Shown here piece after piece: positions 1 through 7,502 of a stretch of DNA of 26,767 nt. A program made the position numbers and the translations under genes. Source of the DNA: a virus (lineage: Duplodnaviria; Caudoviricetes); the IMG/VR virus record IMGVR_UViG_3300005332_000008, positions 1-26,767 of that record. The stretch is one strand, 5' to 3'. The stretch's first letter is position 1; the number at the start of each line of letters is the position of its first letter. Under the pieces are notes generated by a model. The model did no database searches. It was given only the letters and a program-made list of their open reading frames with translations, and had not been told where the DNA came from.

Positions 1-570
1 CGCGCCGACGTGCAGGCTGCGGATACTGCAAAGCAGGAGGCGCCGGACCTTCCGGGCGCGGCGCCTCCGCCCGAAGATCGAGGGACGGCTCCGCAAGCGC
101 ACCCCTCAGTTCGCGAGCAGCCGTCCCTCGATCGACCTCCGGCGTCTGCGGTCGAAACCCCACGAAGCGACGAGCGCGAGCAGCCTTCAGTCGGGCCGGA
201 GAGCGCTCCGACTCCGGGCGCGCCCGAGCCGCCGACGCCGGAGCGACCTGCGCTACCCGAGGACGAGCCCGAGCCCGGGCAGATATTCCCGCGCGACGAA
301 GAGGGGCATCCGATCGTCACCGCGACGGACACGCAACTGCGAAAGCTGTTCGCCTCGATGCGCGATGCGGGGCTCGACACCGCAGACCGCGACGTGCGTC
401 TCGCCTACGTCGGGCGCGTGATCGGGCACGGGATCGCTTCCTCGTCGGAGCTGACGATCGACGAAGCCTCGAAGGTGATCGACGATCTCGCGGAGATCGC
501 GACGCTCGATCCGAGCGAGCGGGCGCGGCGCGTGCTCGGCTTCGAGCAGGAGGACGAGACGCTGCTATGA
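1..570 (+). CDS. C-terminal part of RecT-like recombinase (Pro/Glu-rich linker plus small helical domain), 5' partial
   Basis: Frame open from base 1; ATDTQLRKLFASMRDAG...ELTIDEASKVID resembles C-terminal domains of actinophage SSAPs; N-terminal half probably at 26340-26767. Confidence 0.65.
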   Translation, partial: RADVQAADTAKQEAPDLPGAAPPPEDRGTAPQAHPSVREQPSLDRPPASAVETPRSDEREQPSVGPESAPTPGAPEPPTPERPALPEDEPEPGQIFPRDEEGHPIVTATDTQLRKLFASMRDAGLDTADRDVRLAYVGRVIGHGIASSSELTIDEASKVIDDLAEIATLDPSERARRVLGFEQEDETLL

Positions 571-1577
571 GCGACGAGGCGGGCGAGTTCGAGGGCCGTC
601 TGCTTCTGCCGCTGCATGAGCAGCGCCGCCGTCACGAAGCGGAGGATCAGACCGCCTGGATTTGGGATCAGCTCATCGCGCCCGGCTATCTGACCCGCAT
701 CGACGGCAGACCGAAGATCGCCGGGAAGTCGAGCCTGCTCTTCGCGCTCTGCACGGCGATTCGCAACGGCGAGCCCTTCCTCGGCTTCGAGACGCGACAG
801 GCGACGATCGCCTACTGCTCGGAACAGCGCTGGCGCACGCTGAACGCGAAGCTAATCGAGCCCTTCGGCTCGCCGCCCTATCTGCACCTCTACCACGACG
901 AACCGCTCTCGCTGGGCGAACTGGTCCCGCGCCTGCTCGACGAGACCGAGGAGCTGGGCGTCGAGTGCGTGATTCTCGACACCTTCTCGAAGTGGCTGCG
1001 CCTCTCGGCGGGCGGTCGCTTCGATCCGGACGTGATGGCCGAGCAGATGGGCCACCTCGAAACGCTCTCGCAGCGGCTCGCGGTCGTCGTCTGCGACTAC
1101 ACCCGCAAGGGCGAGAGCGCTCGCGGCGAGGGCACGCTCGGAGCGACCGAGCAGACCGGGCGAGCCGACATTCTGATCGAGGTCAAGGCGCCGGACCCGG
1201 AGCAGCCGCGCGTTCGCCGTCTCGAAGTCTCCGGTCGCTCGGACGCGCCGGAAGAGATCGACTTCCTGCTCTCGCCCGATGGACGCTTCCAGCCCTGCGA
1301 CCTCGACGACTTGCAGGCGCTCGCCAGCGTCGAGGCGATCGTCTCGCTGATCGAACGCGAGGGCGGGATGAGTGGGACGAAGATCGCCGCCGCACTCGGG
1401 CGGCGCAAGCAGGGCGTCGTCGCCGATCTAGGCGCACTGCGCGCCGATGGGCGCGTCGAGAAGGTCGGCGCCGGTCCCGGAACGGTCTGGCGTCTCACGG
1501 GAACCGGGCGGAACGGAAGCGAGCCGGATGCGGGAACGGATGCGGGAACGGATAGAAGCGATGCGCCGCTCTTCTAG
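567..1577 (+). CDS. AAA_25/RepA-like ATPase-helicase with C-terminal winged helix
   Basis: WIWDQLIAPG, Walker A variant GRPKIAGKS, Walker B VILDT, C-terminal wHTH-like segment; ATGA overlap with upstream gene. Confidence 0.8.
   Translation: MSDEAGEFEGRLLLPLHEQRRRHEAEDQTAWIWDQLIAPGYLTRIDGRPKIAGKSSLLFALCTAIRNGEPFLGFETRQATIAYCSEQRWRTLNAKLIEPFGSPPYLHLYHDEPLSLGELVPRLLDETEELGVECVILDTFSKWLRLSAGGRFDPDVMAEQMGHLETLSQRLAVVVCDYTRKGESARGEGTLGATEQTGRADILIEVKAPDPEQPRVRRLEVSGRSDAPEEIDFLLSPDGRFQPCDLDDLQALASVEAIVSLIEREGGMSGTKIAAALGRRKQGVVADLGALRADGRVEKVGAGPGTVWRLTGTGRNGSEPDAGTDAGTDRSDAPLF
1525..1553 (+). repeat. 12-bp tandem repeat (CGGATGCGGGAA x2 plus partial) within a GGAAC-rich cluster, iteron-like
   Basis: Read directly; further GGAAC copies between about 1479 and 1514. 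Confidence 0.7.
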
Positions 1578-2169
1578 TTCGTCACGCCGCGCGCTGGGGG
1601 CTATCGGTTCCCCCCTTACAGGGGGGAACCCGATAGGCCCCCCAGCCGCGCAGAGTCTTATCGCGTTCGAGGTTTTCGGCGATCCGGTCGCGCAGGGCTC
1701 GAAAACCGCCGTGCCGACTGCGGCCGGGCCGCGGATGCGCGAATCGAACGAGAAGCGGCTGCGGCCCTGGCGCACGGCGGTCGCCTACGAAGCGGAGGCG
1801 GCGATGGACGGGCGCGAGCCGATCGAGGGACCGCTCTTCGTCTTTGTGACCTTCGTGCTCTCGCGCCCGAAGGCGCACTACCGCGCGAACGGCGAGCTAA
1901 AGCCCTCGGCGCCTAGCTACTGCGAGAAGCGGCCCGATCTGGACAAGCTCGCGCGCTCGATCCTCGACGCAGGCAGCCGGATCGTCTGGCGCGACGACTC
2001 GCAGATCGCAGCGCTGCACTGCGCGAAGGTCTATGGCTCGCCGCCCGGGGCCCGCATCGTCGTCGAGCCGATCGGCCTGCTCGCGGGCGAGCGCATCGAG
2101 GGACCCGTTCCCGCTGCACCAGATCGCTCCTCATCGGTTCCGGGGCCCGAGGTGAGCCGAGATCAGTGA
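1561..2169 (+). CDS. rusA: RusA-like Holliday junction resolvase (start uncertain; conserved part begins about 1660)
   Basis: FEVFGDPVAQGSK, RPDLDKLARSILD, WRDDSQI motifs. Confidence 0.9.
   Translation: MRRSSSSSRRALGAIGSPLTGGNPIGPPAAQSLIAFEVFGDPVAQGSKTAVPTAAGPRMRESNEKRLRPWRTAVAYEAEAAMDGREPIEGPLFVFVTFVLSRPKAHYRANGELKPSAPSYCEKRPDLDKLARSILDAGSRIVWRDDSQIAALHCAKVYGSPPGARIVVEPIGLLAGERIEGPVPAAPDRSSSVPGPEVSRDQ
1593..1646. other. Long imperfect palindrome, putative replication origin
   Basis: GCTGGGGGCTATCGGTTCCCCCCT-TAC-AGGGGGGAACCCGATAGGCCCCCCAGC just after the helicase gene. Confidence 0.55.
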
Positions 2170-2250
2170 TCCGCCGATTCTCTTCTCCTGGCGCTTCTGG
2201 CGCCTTCTCTGGCTGATCGTGCGTGAGGGCATCGCCTACCGGCGCGGACG

Positions 2251-3516
2251 ATGATCGAGCCGCAGCTCGCCGATCGCGACTTCTCGCTCTTCGTCGGCGA
2301 CTGCCGCGACGTGCTCGCATCCCTGCCGAGCGAGAGCGTGCACTGCGTGGTCACCTCTCCCCCGTACTGGGGCCTACGCGACTACGGGACCGCACTCTGG
2401 GAGGGCGGCGATCCTGCGCATGAGCACGAAGGCGCGACGCTGCGCACGGCGCCGCCGGGCTCGCAGATGCAGGAGGGGAACGTCGGCGCGAACGCGGTTC
2501 GCTCCGGCGACTGCGCCTGCGGGGCCCGCCGCATCGACTCGCAGATCGGGCTCGAAGAGACGCCCGAGGGCTACGTCGAGGCGATGGTCGAGACCTTCCG
2601 CGAGCTGCGGCGCGTGCTGAGGCGCGACGGTCTGCTCTGGCTCAACCTCGGCGACACGTACGGGAAGCAGAAGCAGCTCTCGGGCGTGCCCTGGAAGGTC
2701 GCTCTCGCGCTCGTTGCGGACGGCTGGGTGCTGCGAGCAGACGTGATCTGGTCGAAGCCGAACCCGATGCCCGAGAGCGTGCGCGACCGGCCCTCGAACG
2801 CGCACGAATACCTCTTCCTGCTCGCGCGCAGCGGTCGCTACTTCTACGACGGCGACGCGATCCGCGAGCCCGTCACGCGCGAGCGCTCGGTCTGGCCCGG
2901 CATCGGCGGCGCTACCGCGCAGGCCCGCGTCGAGGGCGTCGGCGCCGGGGGCGATGAGCGCGAGCCCTGGGTTCCGTCGACCGGCAGGAACAGGCGCTCG
3001 GTCTGGGAGATCGCGCTTGAGCCCTACGCAGAGGCGCACTTCGCGACCTTCCCGCAGGCGCTGGTCGAGCCCTGCATCCTCGCGGGCACCTCCGAGATCG
3101 GGGTCTGCCCGGCCTGCGGCGCACCGTGGAAGCGGCTGGTCGAGGTGGTCGAGCATGGGTTCCGGCAGCGAGCGCTTGAAGAGGCAGAGGCGCGCAGCGT
3201 GCGTGAGAAGAGCGCGCTTGAGGGCTCGCCCTTCACGCGCTCAGCCTCAGAGCTGTATGCGGGCGCCCTCACGAAGAGCAGGCGGACGGTCGGCTGGCGC
3301 CCGAGTTGTGAGCACGCTTCGCTCTCCCCGGTCCCTGCGACCGTGCTCGATCCCTTCCTCGGCTCGGGCACGACCGCGCTCGTCGCGCGCAGGCTGGGTC
3401 GGCACTGCGTGGGCATCGAGCTATCGGGCGAGTTCGCAGAGCTGATCGCGACGCGCACCTCGCAGCTCTCGCTCTTGGCCGATGCGCCGCCGCTGGAAGA
3501 GGTGGCGCTCTTCTGA
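2251..3516 (+). CDS. DNA amino-methyltransferase, N6_N4_Mtase beta class (SPPY, probably m4C)
   Basis: VVTSPPY precedes DPFLGSGTT; WSKPNPMPESVRDR and HFATFP motifs. Confidence 0.93.
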   Translation: MIEPQLADRDFSLFVGDCRDVLASLPSESVHCVVTSPPYWGLRDYGTALWEGGDPAHEHEGATLRTAPPGSQMQEGNVGANAVRSGDCACGARRIDSQIGLEETPEGYVEAMVETFRELRRVLRRDGLLWLNLGDTYGKQKQLSGVPWKVALALVADGWVLRADVIWSKPNPMPESVRDRPSNAHEYLFLLARSGRYFYDGDAIREPVTRERSVWPGIGGATAQARVEGVGAGGDEREPWVPSTGRNRRSVWEIALEPYAEAHFATFPQALVEPCILAGTSEIGVCPACGAPWKRLVEVVEHGFRQRALEEAEARSVREKSALEGSPFTRSASELYAGALTKSRRTVGWRPSCEHASLSPVPATVLDPFLGSGTTALVARRLGRHCVGIELSGEFAELIATRTSQLSLLADAPPLEEVALF

Positions 3517-3767
3517 TCGAGGACGCTCTGCGCTGGATCGATCAGCTCGCCGACGAGATCGGGCGCCTGCGTCGGCGTGACCTCGGTGGGGCGAGTCATA
3601 CGGTCGACCGCATGGCTGGGCAGCTCGAATCGCTCGATGCGCTGCTCTGCCTCTCGGCGGCTGAACTGGTGCGGCGAGGTGTCGAAGTCGAGGAAGCGCT
3701 GCGCCTCTGCGACGATCGCAAGATCGAGCTGCTGCGGAGGATGCGTGACCCGCGCGCCGATCAGTAG
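3513..3767 (+). CDS. Hypothetical helical protein, 84 aa, apparent CTG start
   Basis: Fills the MTase-HNH gap; CTGA overlap with MTase stop; GAGGTGG SD-like upstream; phage-like codon usage. Confidence 0.55.
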   Translation: MIEDALRWIDQLADEIGRLRRRDLGGASHTVDRMAGQLESLDALLCLSAAELVRRGVEVEEALRLCDDRKIELLRRMRDPRADQ

Positions 3768-4032
3768 TCGGCCCTGGCGCCGGATGCGCCTGCGCATCTT
3801 GATCCGTGATCGCTACCGCTGTCACTGGTGCGGCGCTCGCGCGAACAGCGTCGATCACCTAGTGCCGCGTGCGCTGGGCGGCAGCGACTGGGACCCGCAG
3901 AACCTCGTCGCCTGCTGCACGCCGTGCAACTCGAAGCGAGGCGGCGATCTGCGCCAGAGCATGGCCAAGCCGCACCCTCACCCGATAGCGCGGCGCCGTA
4001 GAATCTGGCGAGGTGCGATCGAGGAGGAGTGA
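3745..4032 (+). CDS. HNH endonuclease (HK97 gp74-like packaging cofactor)
   Basis: RDRYRCHWCG...VDHLVP...GG...NLVACCTPCN; GGAGG just before GTG 3745. Confidence 0.9.
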   Translation: MTRAPISSRPWRRMRLRILIRDRYRCHWCGARANSVDHLVPRALGGSDWDPQNLVACCTPCNSKRGGDLRQSMAKPHPHPIARRRRIWRGAIEEE

Positions 4033-4035
4033 CGC

Positions 4036-4131
4036 ATGACGGTCGGAAGGTTCACGCTCTCGATCTCCGATCTCGCGCTCTGCGTGATCGCAGCCTGCGT
4101 CGTCTGGGCCCTGATTCACGGCTGGGGCTGA
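4036..4131 (+). CDS. 31-aa membrane peptide
   Basis: MTVGRFTLSISDLALCVIAACVVWALIHGWG; GAGGAG SD. Confidence 0.6.
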   Translation: MTVGRFTLSISDLALCVIAACVVWALIHGWG

Positions 4132-4135
4132 GGCC

Positions 4136-4411
4136 GTGGCTCTAACGACGAGGCAGCGCAACGCTCTGCCTAAGTCGGCTTTCGTCTACTCGTCGGGGCC
4201 GCGCTCGAAGTGGCGCTACCCCGTGCCGACGAAGGCGCAGGCCAAGCGAGCGGGGATCAGCGAGAAGCAGCGCGTCCGTATACATCGAGCAGCGAAGAGC
4301 TACAGCTCGCGGCGCTCGACGAAGGGCACGCCGGGCCGCGTCCATGCGGTCGTTCACAAGCGGGGGCCACTCACGCCCTCGAAGCGCAGAAGCAGAAGGA
4401 GGAAGCGATGA
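4136..4411 (+). CDS. Highly basic 91-aa protein (DUF6582-like N-terminus)
   Basis: LTTRQRNALPKSAF...RYPVP; 28 K/R versus 1 acidic residue. Confidence 0.75.
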   Translation: MALTTRQRNALPKSAFVYSSGPRSKWRYPVPTKAQAKRAGISEKQRVRIHRAAKSYSSRRSTKGTPGRVHAVVHKRGPLTPSKRRSRRRKR

Positions 4412-4554
4412 GCGAAGAGCAGGAGAACGGCGCCGAAGAGGGCGCGACCGAGACGCCTGAAGAGGGCGACGGCTCCGAGGGCGAGACGCTAGTCGACCCG
4501 GCGGACCCGGCAGGCGAGGAGAACGAGGTCGAGCCGGACGCGGGCGAGGAGTAA
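4408..4554 (+). CDS. Highly acidic 48-aa peptide
   Basis: AAGGAGG SD, ATGA overlap; 20 D/E and no K/R. Confidence 0.7.
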   Translation: MSEEQENGAEEGATETPEEGDGSEGETLVDPADPAGEENEVEPDAGEE

Positions 4555-4565
4555 GAGCGGACGGA

Positions 4566-4611
4566 GCGCGTGTTCCCGCGTGCTGGCCCGCGCGGGAAAC
4601 GCGCGTTTTTT
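4566..4611 (+). terminator. Intrinsic terminator-like hairpin with T6 (may also mark the cos region)
   Basis: GCGCGTGTTCCCGCGTG-CTGGCC-CGCGCGGGAAACGCGC-GTTTTTT at the end of the rightward operon. Confidence 0.65.
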
Positions 4612-4742
4612 AGCGGCGCGCGGCGCCGGACGAAGCCTCTGCCCAGATCGGCGACTTACTAGCGCGATCGAGCGCGACGCGCCCGGCTGCGCGCAGCACG
4701 ATCCGGATCGAGCCGGATCAGAGGTCGAGCGAGCGAGATCGA

Positions 4743-4788
4743 AGCGCGGAGGGCGTGCCAGCCACCTAGGAGGGCACGCCCTCGCGCT
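4743..4788. terminator. Inverted repeat between convergent operons
   Basis: AGCGC(G)GAGGGCGTGCC ... GGCACGCCCTCGCGCT; no T tract. Confidence 0.45.
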
Positions 4789-4827
4789 CTGCCGCAGTCC
4801 TACCCGGGACGCGGGCAGACGGCGAGC

Positions 4828-5043
4828 CTACCGCGTTCCGTCCCGCGGCTCGAAGAGAAATGCGACCGAGCCGCCGGGCGGGATCACGTCGACGTAGCCC
4901 GAGAGCGGCGCCTCGCTGAGAGCGATCGAGCGTACGGGCACGCAGAGCCAGCGCTTCGGCCCGATCTGCTCGATGAGGCATTCGACGTGCTCGCCCTCGC
5001 GCGTGACGATGTGCGCTTCGCTCGGGACCGTGGGCCTGCTCAT
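4828..5043 (-). CDS. Hypothetical protein, 71 aa
   Basis: MSRPTVPSEAHIVTREG...; ATGA overlap with upstream gene. Confidence 0.65.
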   Translation of the reverse strand: MSRPTVPSEAHIVTREGEHVECLIEQIGPKRWLCVPVRSIALSEAPLSGYVDVIPPGGSVAFLFEPRDGTR

Positions 5044-5429
5044 CGATGCAGCAGCACGCGGCGGGCGACGAGCAAGGCGAGAGCCAGAACGCCCGCGGTC
5101 GGCTCCCACTTGCCGAAGAGCGCATCGGGCGTCACGTCTGCGCCGGAAGCGAGCGCGATCAGCAGTCCGAGCACCGCGAGACCGAGCACGCAGAGCACCC
5201 AGCGAAGCCACGCCGGGCACAAGCTCTCATCGGTCGCTCGCCACCAGGGCAGCCAGTGCACGGAATCGGCGAGCACGCGCACGAACTCATCCTCGCCTCG
5301 CGGGTCGTCGCGCCAATCGGGGCCCGCGATCAGCTCAGCGGCTCGCATCGCTCGGTCGAGGTCGCTCATGCGCCAGACCGGGCGGGCGTAGAGGTGACGC
5401 CAGTCGAGGCGTAGGCCGGCTCGCCTCAT
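5040..5429 (-). CDS. Hypothetical membrane protein (two C-terminal TM segments)
   Basis: WVLCVLGLAVLGLLIALA and GVLALALLVA; 4-bp overlaps both sides; alternative start at 5369. Confidence 0.65.
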   Translation of the reverse strand: MRRAGLRLDWRHLYARPVWRMSDLDRAMRAAELIAGPDWRDDPRGEDEFVRVLADSVHWLPWWRATDESLCPAWLRWVLCVLGLAVLGLLIALASGADVTPDALFGKWEPTAGVLALALLVARRVLLHR

Positions 5430-5560
5430 GGCCCGGCCCAGCGATGCGGCGGCGGATCAGCCGTGCGCGCCCGCAGCGCCCAGGCCAGACGCACGATGAG
5501 CGCGAGCAGTGCCCAGGCGAGCCCGAGCAGGCCCGTCGCGAGCAGCAGCCATCGCTTCAC
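5426..5560 (-). CDS. 44-aa membrane peptide
   Basis: MKRWLLLATGLLGLAWALLALIVRLAW; GTGA overlap and GAGGAG upstream. Confidence 0.6.
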   Translation of the reverse strand: MKRWLLLATGLLGLAWALLALIVRLAWALRARTADPPPHRWAGP

Positions 5561-5748
5561 GTCGTGCGCCCGAGGTGGCGTCGCACGATCTCCTCGGCTA
5601 AGAGCAGGCGCCATGAGGCTGCGAGCGCGTCGACTGGCTCGCCGTTCTCGGGCTCGCTTAGTCGGTAGGTCGTGACTAGCCGCGCGTCGCTCATGCGCGT
5701 GATCGCCGAGAGCTGCGCTGAGAGGACGAGCGGATCGAGTTCGCTCAT
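5557..5748 (-). CDS. Hypothetical protein, 63 aa
   Basis: MSELDPLVLSAQ...; ATGA overlap. Confidence 0.6.
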   Translation of the reverse strand: MSELDPLVLSAQLSAITRMSDARLVTTYRLSEPENGEPVDALAASWRLLLAEEIVRRHLGRTT

Positions 5749-6155
5749 CGCGGCTGCGTGCCGAACTGGAACTCGCGTCGTAGTAGATGCGCCGTCATAG
5801 CGTCGGCGTGGTGATAGCGCGAGACCACGTTCGCCATGACCTCGACCATGGCTTCGTCCGGTAGCGCTTCGAGTTCGCTCGTCGAGGCTGCTCGCAGCCG
5901 GGCCTCGATCACCCGCTCGGCGCCGCGCGAGAGGCGCCAGAGCCCGCGCTGCTCGTCGCGCTCGATCATCCCATAGCGACGCATCCAAGCGAGGCGAATC
6001 GAGACGTTGCGGTTGTGATCGTCGCCGAGCCCCATCGTCTGCGCGAGCGCTTCGGTCTCGATCCAGCCCTCCGCGTCGTGCTCGGCGAGAATCTTCTGCA
6101 AGAGATCGAGGTCGCGGAAGTCGCGCAGTGAGGCGCCGCGCCCGTTGCGGCTCAT
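5745..6155 (-). CDS. Winged-helix protein (Mrr N-terminal-like motif) with helical C-terminus
   Basis: TEALAQTMG...NVSIRLAWMRRYGMIERDEQRGLWRLS. Confidence 0.7.
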   Translation of the reverse strand: MSRNGRGASLRDFRDLDLLQKILAEHDAEGWIETEALAQTMGLGDDHNRNVSIRLAWMRRYGMIERDEQRGLWRLSRGAERVIEARLRAASTSELEALPDEAMVEVMANVVSRYHHADAMTAHLLRREFQFGTQPR

Positions 6156-6604
6156 TCGACCGCGAGGCGGAAGGCTCTGCCGCCACCCTTGATAACGCGA
6201 TCGAAGCGGATCACGCCCCGCTCAGTGAGCACGTCCATTAGCTGACTGATCTTCGCGTTGCTGATTCCCGGCAGGTCTGGCTCGATCGAGTTCGCGATCA
6301 GATCGACGCCCGGGCGAGCACGGACGTAACTTTCGAGCCGTTCGAGCTTCGCGCGGTCTATCTGCTCGGCTCGGACGCGGTTCCCGTGCGCGACGGCGGG
6401 CCGCTTCGTCGAGCCGTTCGTGCTCGGATCGATCACTTGCTGCACCTTGCGAGCCCGCGAGCGAATCGCTTTCAGCTCCGCGAGTCGGCCTTCGTACTGA
6501 GCGATTAGCTCGTCGAGCGTGTCGATCTGCTCAGCGACAGGCAAAAGCAGACCGCGCAGAGTCGTCTCGACCGTCTCAGCCGAGACCTCTTCGATTCGAT
6601 CCAT
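6152..6604 (-). CDS. Coiled-coil plus C-terminal winged-helix protein, 150 aa
   Basis: GAAGGAGGAG SD before ATG 6604; heptad-like N-terminus; ISNAKISQLMDVLTERGVI...GRAFRL. Confidence 0.75.
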   Translation of the reverse strand: MDRIEEVSAETVETTLRGLLLPVAEQIDTLDELIAQYEGRLAELKAIRSRARKVQQVIDPSTNGSTKRPAVAHGNRVRAEQIDRAKLERLESYVRARPGVDLIANSIEPDLPGISNAKISQLMDVLTERGVIRFDRVIKGGGRAFRLAVE

Positions 6605-6640
6605 GACTCCTCCTTCGTTCCGGGCAGGACTAGATTCGAG

Positions 6641-6646
6641 AGCGTA
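6641..6646 (-). promoter_or_regulatory. Putative -10 box (TACGCT) for the 6604 operon
   Basis: TANNNT match between the hairpin and the SD. Confidence 0.4.
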
Positions 6647-6652
6647 ACGAAG

Positions 6653-6677
6653 AAGCCTCCGCAACGCGGAGGCTTTT
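6653..6677. terminator. Intrinsic terminator, probably bidirectional
   Basis: Perfect stem AAGCCTCCGC-AAC-GCGGAGGCTT with T-rich tails on both strands. Confidence 0.75.
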
Positions 6678-6705
6678 CGGTCGTACCGGGATGCGATGTG
6701 AGGCG

Positions 6706-6942
6706 CTACTCGCGAGCGCTGCGGATCAGCGAGTGCACTGCGGTATCGCTGAGGCCGATCGCTTCGGCGATCACGCGCAGGCTTGCGCCGTTCTCTTGCG
6801 CGATGCGCGAGGCGACGGCGAGATCGTGCCGCGCCTGCCGCGCCTCGGCGTCGAGCACGCGCACGCGCTCAGCGCGCTCGATCAGCACGACCCGCTCGCC
6901 GTCGCTCAGCTCGCCGCGAGGGCGTCCCACCGGGGGGTTCAC
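6706..6942 (-). CDS. Small HTH DNA-binding protein
   Basis: GASLRVIAEAIGLSDTAVHSLI; N-terminal GRPR. Confidence 0.8.
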   Translation of the reverse strand: MNPPVGRPRGELSDGERVVLIERAERVRVLDAEARQARHDLAVASRIAQENGASLRVIAEAIGLSDTAVHSLIRSARE

Positions 6943-7100
6943 GCCGCCTCCGGCGCGCGGCCTGAGGCCGCGCAGAGGTAGCGCTTGCCGCTCGGCGGAA
7001 TCGCGAAGTGCCTGCGGTAGTGCCCGTGCCGATTCAGGCAGACGCCGCGCCCGCAGAGCGAGCAGATGCGCAGACCGAAACGGAACTGATCGCGGGTCAT
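6939..7100 (-). CDS. 53-aa Zn-binding mini-protein
   Basis: CSLCGRGVCLNRHGHYRRH...C; 4-bp overlaps both sides; absent from the ORF track (too short). Confidence 0.7.
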   Translation of the reverse strand: MTRDQFRFGLRICSLCGRGVCLNRHGHYRRHFAIPPSGKRYLCAASGRAPEAA

Positions 7101-7393
7101 GGGTGCAGACCGCAAGCGGTCGTCGGGTCGAGGTGGCGCCAGCCGCCTTCGTATTCGTCCCAGATCACGGGACGCCCGCAGTCGGCGCAGGGCTCGCTCT
7201 GCGACTGTTCGCGTACCAGCCGCGCGAGGCGGCGCAGGTTTTCGTAGTCCGTGTTTTCGCCTTCGTCGATCCCGGCGAAGAGGTCGAGTGCTTCCTCGAT
7301 CGCCTGCGCGTCGGCAAGCGGGAGGCGGACGCTGATCTCGCTCTCGGCGGGCTCGCTGCGTGCGGCGCCCGGGTCGTTCTCGGTCTCGCTCAT
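7097..7393 (-). CDS. Hypothetical protein with C-terminal CxxC...H...C motif
   Basis: AAAGGA SD; CADCGRPVIW...WRH...C. Confidence 0.7.
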   Translation of the reverse strand: MSETENDPGAARSEPAESEISVRLPLADAQAIEEALDLFAGIDEGENTDYENLRRLARLVREQSQSEPCADCGRPVIWDEYEGGWRHLDPTTACGLHP

Positions 7394-7419
7394 GCTTCGT
7401 CCTTTCGTTCAGGTGGCAG

Positions 7420-7462
7420 AGCGAAAAGATTAGCGGGGTTTCGCTTGCCGCGCTGAGCGAAA
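7420..7462 (-). promoter_or_regulatory. Putative promoter (-10 TAATCT) with AGCGAAA operator-like repeats
   Basis: AGATTA at 7427-7432; AGCGAAA at 7420 (+), 7439 (-) and 7456 (+). Confidence 0.5.
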
Positions 7463-7502
7463 CGCTCGAGCTGCGCGTTCCCGCGGCGTTCCCGGGAACG
7501 GC

